DNA of 64,000 nt from Octopus sinensis (GCF_006345805.1 NC_043015.1:36146001-36210000); one strand, 5' to 3'; counted from the first letter of the stretch, positions 1 through 14,705 are shown. A program made the numbers and translations. The notes: generated by a model from the letters alone, not told the origin.

Positions 1-295
1 ATTTTGGTCTTTCCTTTTAATCTAATTTGTGTCAATATTGTGCACTGTTTCAGTGAAATCATTTTAACCTTTAAAAAGGAGTGTGTGCCACGCAATCATT
101 GGCCTGCTGTAAGGTCTAAGTCAATGACACACCTTCGTCGCGAAGCAGACACTTCCAACTTATTGTCAAACATTTTGCTTTGTGTAGGAAATTAAATAAT
201 TTATTGAGTTATCAATTTATATTCGGATGAGTATTTGAAAGCTTCTTATATAAGTATATTAACAAATATATATACACTTGTTCATACATATATAA

Positions 296-375
296 ATATA
301 TGAGTATATATTATGTATATATATATTTATGTATATATATATCTATGTATATATATATTTATGTATATATATATC

Positions 376-445
<70 letters not shown>
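296..445. repeat. (TA)n microsatellite (one of dozens in the window)
   Basis: Direct dinucleotide tandem repeat with TATG variants. Confidence 0.95.
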
Positions 446-450
<5 letters not shown>

Positions 451-3400
451 AATATAGCCTTAGGAAGCCTTGGGAGTTGACCTAACAGTTCAGAAGTTAA
501 AGTACAGCAAACAGAGACAGAAAAAGGGGAAAGGAGTAAATAATGGCTAAAAAGTAGTGAAATCGAATTTTCTGTCCTGAATAGTGTTATTGAATGAAAG
601 AGCAAAGAATGAAACCAGAAAAGAACATGAAACCGGATAGAAAAGAAATAAGAAGAAGAATAAGAGCAAACAACAGAAGGTTTTTAGGAAAAGACACGAC
701 TTTGCGAGACGAAGATTCGATAAATCAAATGAAACTGCAGCGTGAATAAAACTAAAGCAAAAACAATTTGCTGACTAAAGATGGAAGCTAATAAACCAAA
801 CGAGGAATCGCCATCAAACATTATCGACAATTTAAGTAGTTCTTCGATGTTTTATGGTAATTAGTACATTCTTAGTTAACCTGCTTCACTGTCTTTATTT
901 TTCCTTTTTTTTACATCTTTTCCTTCTCAATTTCTTTCATTTTTACTAAATCTTGTTAGAGTTGTTGTTTAATTGTATCTTGTTAATTCTTATCTCTTGT
1001 TATTTATTTGATTGATTCATTCATTTTATTCAGTATTTACTTTTTGTTTTATTATAGTTGTTTATTTATGTGTCTTATATTTTTATCGACGGTTTCTTCT
1101 TTTATTGACTTTCCTCTCGCTCATCACTCTCCCATTCTCTCTCTATCTTTTCCCCTTTATCGCTCTGAAGCACGATCACTGTCTCCCCCTCTCATTTCTA
1201 CTAAATATCTGTTGCTATCCATTTTGCTTTATCTCAGTTACATTACATCTCTCCTTCTTAACAATCGCTTCCAAACCCTCTTTCAAACCCTATTATTCTT
1301 CTTCTATTTATATCCGTATCCCTCATCATTTCTTCTCAGTCCTTGTCCAGCTATTTACCTTTCTCTTTGTGTCTCAGCATATCTTTCTAGCTATTTCTCT
1401 CTCCCGTCTATTTCTATCTCTTTCTCTGTAACTTTCTATCTATCTACCTATTTCTTCTATATTTCTATCTTTCACTGAATATTTCTGTCGCTCTTCATCT
1501 CCATCTCGTTTGTAGTACCCATACTCATATTTGATTTTTCTTCTTTTCTTATCTTAAAAACAGAATTATTCACTGTAAAACAATAAATCCTTGACGTAGA
1601 ATTGTATTTTGCAATCCAATATAAGGATTATATTTCCAGAAAGATAATTAAATCTTGTATTTTATCGTGTTTTTATTTGGCTCAAAATTCTTTCTTATTT
1701 TAGACTTTCGTCAAAGTTTCCCGTTTCATTCCTTTGCATTTGCGGACAAATATTAATTTTTTTTATATTTTGGTTTTAGTAATTTTTCCGTTCGCTTCTC
1801 TGTTTTTTTTTTTCTCTTCTGATTTATGGATGGGAATCAATTTATAATTGATAACAGTTGTTTATTATTTGTATAGCGCCATCAGCACTAACATCGTTTT
1901 AAAGGACATCTGAAAATGGCTGGATACAAACGGAATTATGAAAGCTTCAGAATGGCTACCGATCTAAAGGTCTCTACCGAAACATGCTCCGAAAAGTACT
2001 CCCACGCACTGGGCCAGATGGTGGTGTTTAACTGGTTAGCAGATTAAAAGCCGTTCTTTTCCTTAAAACCATCAACTGGATCTCTCTTAAATAGTATTAT
2101 GCTGTAACAATCAGGGGTAGACATATTGGACTCCTCGACTTACAAATACACGAACTAATCATGGCTGGAGCGCCGTCGGCAATAGAAACTCCGAAACAAT
2201 AACACAACTGCTTTTGTGTATTGATGGACGATAAATTACTTGGTGAGTGTGTAGGAGTTTCATTTGCAGATAACCTACCAAACCTGCTTACATTAATTAT
2301 CTTCGAATTAATCTGGATTATCCATTAATTATGAATTTATCCGTAAACTCTTATCTCTATTTTTCTAATGAGAAATTGAAGCTGTTGTTTTTCCCAAACA
2401 GCATTTGCTTAGCAATAAACCGGTCTATTCAACAACACCCAAAATCTTCTTCAAATTAAAATTTACTGCCTGAAAAGCTGAATAGAACATTAGATTATGT
2501 AGATATAATGTTATAAATATTCATGTAAGTTGTGGTAAGAACGCCGTTGACTTTAGACCCGTCAGCTCAAGACTGACCGAAACCTAGGCAACAAGAATGC
2601 TATGAAATAAGTGAAAGAGCTTTTTGTAGAATCACTCAACTCGCCAGAAACATAAGTTTCATTTTTCTTAAACCACACGGTAATAAAATGGAATGACTGG
2701 ATAATGTGTTAGAGAAAATAGGAATTTATGATGATGGAATAAATCAGATGCACGTTTACAAAGAATGTAAATTAACGGAGGTTCACGCGGATCTAAAGAA
2801 AAAACAACTTAGATTTAGGACACTTGTGACAAGGAGATTGGACATTGATAATGGCGTTGTAGGGTCGGTGAATTTATGTGTATTAATGTATTTATTCATA
2901 TTTTCATTGTATTGCGACGTCGTCGGTCAGGAAAAAATACTCTTTTATACAATTGTCAAGATGAAAATCGTTACTAAATAACAGTTGATATTTCTGCAAG
3001 AATTCACAACATTCGATATTTTGTTGCATATGACAAAATGCTGGAACACAATTTAACGTCTTTCCGAGATAGAAAGATGGTTCCCTCTCATCGTAATGTG
3101 TCTAATGGAATGGTTATAGTTTCTTCCCTTTCACTATGAGTTATTTTTGGAGTATTGTCCCACAATGCACCGTTTTTGGTATGTATACCCCTCAAAACCC
3201 CGAATATCTAAATAACCGGTGGTCCGATTTACGCGAAACTTGTTTTGTTCCATTTGCATTAATATTTCGGGGGAAATTTACTTTCGAAGTATTTTCCCAT
3301 TATGCGCCGATTTGGCCGTGTAACATTGCAAGCAAGCAAACATGCCTGATGTTCATTTTTAATGTAATATAGATATTTCATTTCATACTTATGCATAAAT

Positions 3401-4405
3401 AGATACTTACACCATACTACGTGGAATGAACTCTGTCATTGATTCCAGTGTCTTTTGGTAAGGAAAATACGGATATTATTAGTTCAGACTTGGCTGTCGA
3501 AAAATGTGATCTATAAAAATATGTAAAGGAAGAACATTCAAATGTTTGGTAAATGCTTAGAAAAATTACCACCATTATTTATTCAGGATTTCCCCGATGG
3601 AAAAAGTTTAAAATAATTTTATTTTCCCCATATAATAAGTTTGATATAGACTGAAAATTTGTCACATAATTTATCAGCACCAAAACTTCATTAGTTATAC
3701 TTGTCTTCCTTGCTTCTAACCATTTAATACGTATTATAACAGATATATGAACGCAGCACATGTTTTTGTACGTAAACAGACGAGGGCTTTACGCATTTTC
3801 CTGTGTAGACGAAAGCGCGAAATATTTCCGGACAGCATTTATGGTTCCAAACGAATCGCGATAATTAATAATACTTCTAAATATCAACGGACGCTCTACT
3901 TATTCACTGTTAACTTGTCTTTATACCTCCAAAATACTCATAGAAATGTAAACATAAATATCCACACACACACACACAAGTAATTAAGTTATATATAATT
4001 TTATACTAGATTTATCTTGATTCATATTTTTCTTAAAATATAATCTATGCTTTACAAAGTTTTCTCTCGAATTTTGCCAAAGACCATAAGAATATTTTAA
4101 AGAAATGGAAAATAGATTAGTAATATTCAATGTATATTTTTAAAATTATAAATAATTGAAAGTTATATAAATCATGTGACATTTCCATTTTTAGCGAATT
4201 TTAAGTAACCTTCGATAGCTTGAGCAATAGAGGAGAAACATTACCTTTTAATGAGATCGCTATGAAGACAATATAAATAACATCGTTATCAATGTTCGTA
4301 TTACAAGTTGGCGTTTCAGCAAAGGAACTGTTATGTTCTGATGTGTGTGTGTGTGTGTGTGTGTATATACATACATACACACATACATACATACACACAC
4401 ACATA

Positions 4406-4483
<78 letters not shown>

Positions 4484-4486
<3 letters not shown>

Positions 4487-4607
4487 GGTGATTCAAAAGT
4501 CGCCATACATAGGGAAAATTAATTTTTTATAAAAACAGTTAAATAAAAAAAAGTGTTTCTTATTAAAAAAATTAATTGTTCTTATGTATGGTGACTTTTG
4601 AATCACC

Positions 4608-4610
<3 letters not shown>
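4484..4610. mobile_element. 127-bp Tc1/mariner-type MITE (almost entirely a hairpin)
   Basis: Left end CAGGGTGATTCAAAAGTCGCCATACATA; right end TATGTATGGTGACTTTTGAATCACCCTG. Pairing continues imperfectly for about 59 bp. Flanked by (TA)n (TA on the left, TG then TA on the right). Confidence 0.8.
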
Positions 4611-4649
<39 letters not shown>

Positions 4650-4809
4650 TTATGTATGTTTGTGTACATGTATATATAGGTGTATGTATGTGTGAGTTGT
4701 GGGTCACTTCTTTCCAAAACCAATCTATTTTCCATTATCTGGTCCCAGTCTTAATCATTCACTCTGAGATACTTAAAGTTATTTTTTAATCCATTCTTAA
4801 ACGTTATTT

Positions 4810-6250
4810 TAAAGATTATATCTCCGATATTTATCACTTCGTAATTCCCCGTGAAACAACTGCCTAGGTATTCTGTCATCCGTCATCCTAATAAGAAAGA
4901 GGAGCATTAAAACTGGATGTGTTGGTTTGCTGAAAAACAACAATATCTTAATGTACCACTTAATGTTTAAGATCCTCTTAACGCAAGTTCGAGGAAATCT
5001 TACCAATGCCTTGGTGTGAAAACGGTGTGTAGTCCAAGATATTAAAGGGAAGTGAAGACGCATTATTCGTAAATGCTGAGCTTAACTTTCATGGTCAACT
5101 GTCTGTCAGACCACACACGGTTTTCAAGCCTTCCAAAAATTTAGCTAGATTCTTCGATCATCATATTTAATTTAAAGTCGAGAAATCCAACTGTAGAAAC
5201 AATGCTGACAAGGTTGGTGAAAACTCAAGAATACTCTGTCTTGTACATTGGACGAAGATGCTAGGTTCGACATAGGACTGGCATGGTGGCTGAGAGAACA
5301 TATCGTTTCTCTTTTTCAGACTAATGGTAAGTCAAAAAACAGTCCATGATCCAGAGAAGAGAGCCATTATTGTCCGCATGCAGCATGACTTCTTTGTGAA
5401 CAATGAGAACATCAATCAACGTAAAGGTACTCACAAACAAGGACCTGTCAAATGTTCAATTTTGTGTTTAACTGCATTACATCGACAACCTTAACTGTGT
5501 AGGAGAGCGATCGATGGATTTATAAGCGAAATATTTCGACAAAAGTCGTCGATACATTTTTGGGGGAGAAATATCACCCTGTTGAACGCCATTATCGATG
5601 GAAATTAATTCTGCGAAAAAAATTTTGAACGTAAAACAAGTTGTCAAATTTTGGAGTGGATGTTCAAATTCTCCAAGAATATTCCAGAGAGCAGACCTAT
5701 TAAAAGTGTGGAAGGCTTCTTTTAAATCGACAAAGACTTTAAAGAGCTATGCAATGACTGATGCATATCTCATGGAGTTGACTTGCAGACAAATTCATAT
5801 CCATTGTACCAAGGCCGGATTTAAAATTCCATTGACTTTCCGGGATAACAGAGGGACATATCTTTTTTTTTTGTAAAAACCTCACCAACAGCTTTAAGTT
5901 TATTCCTCTGTAATTTCTGCACAGTTATTTAGATCCATTTTCTTTAGAAGTACGAAATTATAATCACATCAAGCCAGTGTATGGGGACAGGAGTTCCCGG
6001 CCAAACGTCTGACATTCGATGATGGATCTCTACAGCAAGTATGACACACCCAGAGATGAAGATTTCAAAACTATCATTATCCGGAGTCTACTCAAGATTA
6101 ATTTCCTTAATCTTTTTCCAGTGACAATATCATTTTGAGGCAGGTTATTGATATTCTTTTCCTCATTAGCTGAGGGATTGTATAAAATAAATGATCTTTG
6201 AAGGGCTGAGTCCAATATTTTGTGATGCCATCATCATTCTGAAAGAGAGA
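4810..6250 (-). mobile_element. Degenerate RTE-clade LINE (reverse transcriptase remnant)
   Basis: Minus-strand frames give RTE-like RT motifs in the correct order: NINNLPQ, W..TPVPIHWLDVIII, CRNYRGINL, IPESQWNFKSGLGTMDM, VDLKEAF, EVMLHADN (decayed YADD), FGRLENRVW, CVKRILNIKW, RMTDDRIPRQLFHGEL. Many stops and frameshifts. Confidence 0.8.
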
Positions 6251-7448
6251 CGAACCATTCATAGACTTGAGCGGTACTGAAGATGAAAGGTAATGACAGA
6301 AAACTTGTGTGATTAAGTAATATAATGGAATCGATTTGTTCCTCTAAAACCCCACCAGGCAGAATAACTACTTAATTTTCCGATCCGTTGGTGTATAAAG
6401 AACAACAATAACTTGATTTTTTATAATGCATGCATACATAATCTCATCCATTTATACATATATACATGCATGAATACATAAAGCATAAAACCGACTGGTT
6501 AGATACTTTAAAGACGAACACATAAAATATAACCACACACACACACATACATATAGATAGATAAATAGATATATAGACATAAGTGCATACATGTATCTGC
6601 ATAGTTATATATAAATATATATGTATATACACGCATATACACAGACACCCCCCACACATTCACACGCACGAACATGCACACACATAGATATATATACATA
6701 TATACGTTAATGTTTAAGTGCTACTGGGAGTTGCAAAATTTCACACCAAATTCGTAAAAACAGCAATAAACAAAACAATGAACACCTAACAACAACAACA
6801 ACAACGTGGACAAAAGAAAACAAAAAAATTCAAACTCCAAAAAAAAAAAAGATAAATAAACAGAAGAACGGGAGTAAATATATTCTGAAGGGACTATTAA
6901 GTACACAAACTTTAAAACAAATAAAAATACAAAATTAACTTTAAAAGAAAAAAAACTATTACTCCACGTACACATTATTTGATAATTACTTTACGTTTTA
7001 TTTAAATATTTATATTTTTCATTTTGAAAAGGGAAAAATTAAAATTCCGATAATGAATATATTTATGACTATTTTGTCATGTTCGTTATTTGAGTTTTCT
7101 TCTCCGGTGTTTGTTTGTGTTGCTTCTGTTATCTTTTTTTATTCTATTTCTAATGTTCTTCATGGAAATGTTGCAAAATTTGAAATGGTGAAAAGATGAA
7201 GCATAATTGAATTCTTATATTTTGTTTCAACACAAACTCACACACACACACAAACACACACACATATATATATAATATATGTATATATATATATATATAT
7301 ACATACATATATAAAGATATACATATATGTATACACACATATATTCGTATATACATACACACATACATATATGTGTATATATAGACACACCTCACACACG
7401 CACATATGTATATGTATATATGCCCACAAACAGATGCATATACATACA

Positions 7449-7507
<59 letters not shown>

Positions 7508-8360
7508 TTTTTACATATACACATAGACATATTTACAGATTCTTATCTGTACACACACATATATAATGTGTATGCATACATATGTGTATATACATGCATA
7601 ATACATTTGTGTATATACATACACATTCATACATACGTATATGAAACATATATGCATTCACAAATACATACGTGTACGTATATTTCTACACACACATTCG
7701 TATATAAGCTTATTGAGATCATTATTTTAAAAACAGTGTAATTTGAAACACCTGAAGAGAATAGTTGCTAATGTTCTCCGTTCGTCCAATAATGTTTAGA
7801 AATAAACGGTAAAGAACTCGATGCTCTATTTGTTAATTAAGCAATATGCTTCAATATGATTGGACGAAATGTTTTCTTCGTGCAGTAATTAATTTTCATT
7901 ATCGATGCGATAACAATAAAGTGGCATCTTTCAGTTATAAAAATGGCTATGAATTTGAAATTTTAGGTGAGATAATATAAAAATGTAAAAAGGAAACTTG
8001 TTAAATATTCTATTTTATTCGTAACTTCATTAAGGATGAGTAACACAAGAAACTTTGTTCATGTTCAGAAACAAGTAGATGTTAATAACTGCGTGTTATT
8101 GCTATCATAACTTCTAACTGTTGCTGCATAATTATCAAATTCTCCGTTGATGTATAAAGCATAGTGTTTCGAATCCTGTGAAAGGCAGTGCTCATGGAAG
8201 CTGCATTTCATTGATTTAGTTTTTCCCATGTGAAATAAATACGATGATATAAAGCATTTTTATAGATACAACTACATTATCTATTTTTAGAAATATTTAC
8301 TTCAAAAATCTCTCAGGGTTTTTCATTTCTTCCCAACCACGATTTGGTTATCTCTAAATA

Positions 8361-9608
8361 TTGGGTTGGCAACTAAGTTCCGTCGTTTTTTTTTAATATA
8401 AATTATAGAATTTATTGCGTTTTAAAATGTTGAAATCTATTTTTTCGAGAATTCTATTTTTGAATCATTTCTAGTTTTAGTTAAATTTTGTTTATTTTCA
8501 AATCATTAAAATGGAATGTCAATTTAAGAAAAACGAGCATTTTTGACACTTCCTTCTTTTTGCTTTTAATGAAAGTTCTAAGGTTGCAAAAGCTGCTCGT
8601 GACATTTGTGCTGTGTATGGAGAGGGTGTCATAGCTGAAAGAACCACGCGTGATTAGTATGCCAAGTTCAAAAATGGAAATTTTGATCTCAAAGACGCAC
8701 CTCGTTTTGGCCGTCCAGTTGAGCTCGATGAAGAGCGATTACACGAACTTTTACACGAAAATTCTCGTCAAACGACAAGGGGATTGACAGAGAAAATACA
8801 ATGCTTCCACACTGCTATAGAGAAGCATCTTCACTCGATGGAAAAGTTTCAGAAGTATGGAGCATGGGTTCCGCATGCTCTAAGTGACAACAACAAAAAT
8901 CAACGAGACACGATCTCCGCTGGCTTGCTTGCTCGTCATCATTCAACTCATGTACACAAGCAACGATTTCTTTACCGAATCGTTACTGGCGACGAACAAT
9001 GGTGCCTGTACATCAACATGAAGCAGCGTAAGGAATGGCTTAGCCCCGGTAAACAAGAGACACCGCGCGTGTAACAAGATCTTCATCCGCGTAAAACGAT
9101 GTTGTGTGTATAGTAGAACCGAGAAGGGATTATCCATTACGAATTGCTTGAACGGAACCAAACGGTCAACGCGGAATTCTATGTTCAACAGATGGAACGA
9201 TCTTATTGAAGAGAAAAGACCTAATCGGTAGCATGGAGTTCTTCTGCTGCACGACATCGCCCGCCCTCATATCGCCAATATGACTAAGGAAGCCATTCAA
9301 ACGCATGACTGGGAAGTGCTGCCACACTCGCAGTACTCTCTTGATTTGGCACCAACGGATTTCCACCTCTTTCCATCTCTTTCAAATGTTATGCGCGGAG
9401 TTTCGTTCAATACTGATGCAAAATTGAGAGCTTGGATGGATCAACTTTTCGAGTCGAAATCGGATGATTTCTGCCAACGAGTTACTGAAAATCTTGTCGA
9501 ACGTTGGGCAGAAGTTGTAAACAACAAAGTTGAATTAGTTTGTTATTTTTTATTAAACATTAAAAAAAATTTAAATAAAAAAAAACGGTGGGAACGACGT
9601 TGCCAACC

Positions 9609-9611
<3 letters not shown>
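8361..9611 (+). mobile_element. Full-length mariner (DD34D) DNA transposon, 1251 bp, inactivated
   Basis: Imperfect TIRs TTGGGTTGGCAACTAAGTTCCGTCGTTTTT / AAAAACGGTGGGAACGACGTTGCCAACCCAA, with TA on both sides (8359-8360, 9612-9613) and a transposase inside. Confidence 0.93.
8511..9530 (+). pseudogene. Mariner transposase pseudogene
   Basis: ATG at 8511 (MECQFKKNEHF*...). Motifs DAPRFGRP, WVPHAL, IVTGDEQW, LHDIARPH, YSLDLAPTDFHLF. Several in-frame stops and a frameshift/deletion near 9200. Confidence 0.92.
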
Positions 9612-9678
<67 letters not shown>

Positions 9679-11721
9679 GTAATTTAATTAAATAAAGATA
9701 TGAAATAAAATTATATGTTCGTTAGCGTGAGCAATGCAACTGTATTAATTGTTTATTCTTCTAAGGTACTATGAAAGATTATCGCCCAGCGAAATACTCT
9801 GGCGGTCATTGGGATTGGAACTCCTTGTTAGTAAAATGAATTCGGTTTAAAAAGTTCCTGACCATCAGTGTCCGGAAAGTCGATGTAGTACATGTATGGT
9901 AGCAACCGCCTATCTTCAACCTTCTTGCTTCAAGTTTAAAAATTAATCGTAGGAATCAAGCAAGTATTTTATTTTCATTAATATCCAGGTATGGCACTAT
10001 TGTTGACATCATGCAGTGAATGCAGAAATAATATCGCATGAAATAGTTTGGTATCCTAAGGAATTTAAAACTAATTATTAGACTATTGAAAATGTCTTCC
10101 AACTTTCCTTTGTTTTACCTTTCCATTTCTGCTGTGTTCCCTTCTTATAGAGAATAATATAGGGTGGACTTACTGGGGAAGTAGGTTAGGAATCGCCAAT
10201 GTTTAGGTTCTCGAGTAATATTCTCATAAGTTCATAAACACACACATTTGGCAATATGTTGCTGTTATTTTGCTTCAGTTCAGTTGTTCGGAAGATTTAT
10301 TCAACAACTGTAAAAATATGTAATAAAATGTAATGAGAAGCTATGAAACTGTATTAATCCGGTTCAGTTACGGTACTCTGTATTAACCGTTACGGTATTA
10401 GCGTTGATAAAAGTGTAAAAGTGATTTTTTATCTCTTCTGAACACATCAGAAGTTATTAAATAGCGTAAAGCATCAACTGTAGGATGAAGCACTGCAGAA
10501 TGAATTTATTCTGCTGTGTATTCGTCATAAAGCAGCCGGCAGCAATGTAGAGTATTCGTAATTATTTATTATCGAGCATAAAATACTTCGAGCTGTAAAG
10601 GCAAATTTAGAAGCAATATATTTTCATACATAAGGGTGTGAGTGATGTTTTTAAATGGTATAAACGCGCACAAACACACACACACTCTCTCTCTCTCTCT
10701 CTCACATAGACACACACACACACAGGTGCACACACAGAGACTCATACACATACACATACACATACACACACAAACATACACGCACAAACACACACATATA
10801 GACACGTGCATAAGCGTGTGTGCGTGAAGTACTGTATGATATTTATAGATCGCATATAGATTCTTCAGTCTCCTGGGCTGAGAACGAGTACCATCCAAGT
10901 GTTGGTGCGAACTTTTCTCCTTCCGGCAGGAACAATCGATATTACACAGGAAATATTCCTTATGTCTTTGCCTGCTTTTCGACTGCATAGGGACCTGAGA
11001 TAACTCAAGCTTCGTCTATGTTGTCAGGTTATACTCACTTGCGAGGCACGACTATGGTTGATAGATATAACTTATAAAAAATTATTTAGCATTCATTACA
11101 TGTCTGAAGTAAGACTAGATTTTACAATATCCATAATGTATCTTCAATGTATCTTTAATATAGTAGCCTAATACTACAGCACGACCAATGTGTATAGTAC
11201 CACATCCATAGTACGACATACAGACTTGAGATGAGAACAAGAGTTTGTTTCTTCACAGACATCTCAAACTCCATTATGTTTTATGCAAAGAAAACTGAAT
11301 ATAGAACTTCCTCTAAACGTAAACTAAGATCTACAGGAATATAATGTAAATATCAGATGGAATATATTCCAGTCGTATGCAATGGCACGATTTTTCGATT
11401 GGTTTATTGTCCTCGTTGGTTCATACTTGTGAGATTGAAATCACCTGTGCACTTAGAGAAATCAATAGAAAACCCCTTTTCCTATCTTTAGTCAATATAT
11501 TTTTATTGTGGTGCTAAACAAAGAATTTAGTCAGCTGTAGTAATCTCACAGTGATTCAGAATAAGACAGCATTGAAGAAAATAAATATTTTATTTTGTAA
11601 CCAGGAGCAGGAAATTTGTTTTAAAGTTTGCTGGGGTCTAAGTAACGCAAAATTACTGTCTGCGTCTTGAGTAGAAACATTGTTTATACATACTTACATA
11701 CATACATAATACATACACACG

Positions 11722-11802
<81 letters not shown>

Positions 11803-11833
11803 CACACACACACATACATATATATGTTTATAT

Positions 11834-11886
<53 letters not shown>

Positions 11887-12134
11887 GTGTGTGTGAGTGT
11901 ATAATATGTGTTAAATGTAGTATGTAAATGTATATTTGTTAAAGTTTATGGAGAAAACATTGGTGGCGTTTGTCGTTTACCAATGAAAGGAACCGTGCTC
12001 GGTTATGTCCCCTACACATATGTATCCATTAGAGGAATTTGTTTAGCTAAATTACGCTTGATGTAGATTGTAATTTTGTCCATCCTTGAAATACGGTGAA
12101 CAGAAACCTGATGTGGATGAAAACCAATAATATC

Positions 12135-12171
<37 letters not shown>

Positions 12172-12853
12172 TATTATTCCAATTTTTTTATGTAGGAGCA
12201 ACTGCTATTTCATATTATATTCCTTTTGGGCTCTGATACATTGTGTAATTGTTAGCTGAACAACTGTATGGTAGTACGTGAATAGGACCTTTGTGGCTAT
12301 TCAAGTTTCTGGAAATACGTTTCCCCCATCCCCCAGCACTGTACATTTCTCTTAAAATAAATGTAAGTCCTCATAGGAGCACTATGTCTGAAGCAGGATC
12401 TGCAACGCTTTTGATCATAGCTCTGCAGGATCAAAGTTAACCTACGGCTAAATAGAAACAGTACGTATATACAGAGCCGTTAACGCGTCTGCAACGAGCT
12501 ATTATTTCTAGCACTTTCATCGGTCGTATTTCGCCAGCTGTAAATAAAGTCCTGGGTATTTTATAAGATAGATGACAGTTGCGTATACAAGCAAGCCAAT
12601 CACGCAACTTTCTCTAATGGAACAGGCCCCGCAGTAGACACAAGTGTCTACTGCTTTCAGAACGCAAATATCAGGAACAGACATCTCAAAGTTTTTGACT
12701 AACAAATTCGGCGCAAATATTTCGTTCTTTAGGTAAATCTATTTCTGGAAATGTGACCGATGTAATGCAAGGAGAAAAGAACATGCAGAATCAACGACGG
12801 AAACAAAGTGATAAGAAAAGTGGAAAGTTATGAAGTGGAAGGCTTCGTAATGC

Positions 12854-12949
<96 letters not shown>

Positions 12950-12952
<3 letters not shown>

Positions 12953-13258
12953 AGGGTTTGACAAATTGATGGAAATACCTAGCATCTTAGCATAATACTT
13001 TTGAAATATCTATAGAACCGTCAAAAGCTTGCTTATTTTTATGCTTGATATGTGTTGCTAAGATTGATGTTTCTTTTCAGTTACCATCAGAAAAAGGTAA
13101 TGAAAATTCATTGAAATGACAGATCTATCGGACTTTCAAAGAGGTCAAATTGTTGGTGCTCGTATGGCAGGCGCTAGTGTAAAGAAAACAGCCGAAATAT
13201 TTGGTGTATCAAGAAGTACTGTCTCGAAAGTAATGACGGCTTTTGAGAAAGAAAGAAG
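12950..13258 (+). mobile_element. Tc1-like transposon 5' fragment (N-terminal HTH only)
   Basis: ORF 13116: MTDLSDFQRGQIVGARMAGASVKKTAEIFGVSRSTVSKVM, a typical Tc1 paired-like N-terminus. Starts after (TA)n and breaks into microsatellite. Confidence 0.75.
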
Positions 13259-14481
13259 GAATGTATGTATGTATATGTGTGCACACACACACACACACAT
13301 ATATAAATAGAGAGAGAGACGTGACTGTATATCTATCTAAAGTATGATGTGATAGGCTTCATAAATGCAGTAGATGCGTATTTTCCGAGTACATGCTTAC
13401 ACAAATGTCAATATGCAAAGCAGGCATAGATATAAATGCATATATCGGAGCGCAAGCTGACTAAATCAGAGGCTACCTTGGAAGGAGTGGTGCTAGAGCT
13501 GCGAAATTTTGTCGGCATTAAGTTCAACTCTTCTTGCTTTATTCCAGGTAAACTGACAGCTGACTGTTCAAAGAAGACTTTAATATGACTAGCAGAAACT
13601 TGTCTTGGAAATGGTCAAACTTTGGCAGCGTAGTGTTATCAAGTACCTGAAAATAAAAGGTGTAGTCTCCATTGACATTCATGCCGACGTGCTAACTACA
13701 TCCGAGGATGACGCTCAAGATCTATGAACCATGCAATAGGGGACAGCTGAATTCATGAGGGGAAAGGAGAGTACTCAAGATAGCTCACGGTCCTTACTTC
13801 TTGCAAATGGCCTCACCAAGGAAAACATAGTGATCGATTACAAACGATTGATTGTACATGTAGCCAATGATTTTAAAGTATCCTGTGAAAGAGTTGTGAA
13901 TATTCTCCACCATGAACTTGGCCTGACGAAGGTTTCTGCTCGGTGGGCGACACGTCTTCTGATCCCTGTTCAAATGCGCCCCAGGATGATCACATCACGG
14001 GCAAATCTGACATTGTCTGAGGCAAATCCAGTTGGTTTACTTGGACCCAATATGAGTGTTGCGTTAATTACTTTGAGCCGAAAAGAAAGAAACATTCCAT
14101 GCAGTGGAGATACCACTTCTTCACCTACTCCACAGAGGGCCATGGTCGTTTCATTCGCGTGAAATGAATCGGCCTTTTTAGGGGGATGCAAACGACATTG
14201 TGTTTATTGAATATATCCAAAAGGGTCACACCATGAATGCAGTATTTCTAAGTTGGTGAGGCAGTTACGAAAAGCGGTCTGGAATACACGCCCAGGAGAA
14301 ATGACGAAAGATGAATTGTTTTAACAGTACAAAGCTCCAGGACACAATTCCTTGATTTCAGTGACTGGTTTTGAATTGGTTGGGCATTCGTCCTTCTTCT
14401 CTTGTTTTGTTGAGTTCTCCAACATGAAAAGAACACTTGGATGGGGACCAGTATTGCATTGGTGATGACATCATATTTGCT

Positions 14482-14655
14482 ACATTATATACATTTGACG
14501 GATTCTTGTCCTCATCTTGTTTGTTGTTAACACAACGTTTCGGCTGATACTCCTTCCAGCCTTCATCGGGTGCCTTGGGGAAATTTCGAACCTGGGTTCT
14601 CATTCCTAAGGTATTTTTCGATATTATTATTATTATTATTATTATATTATTATTA

Positions 14656-14705
<50 letters not shown>

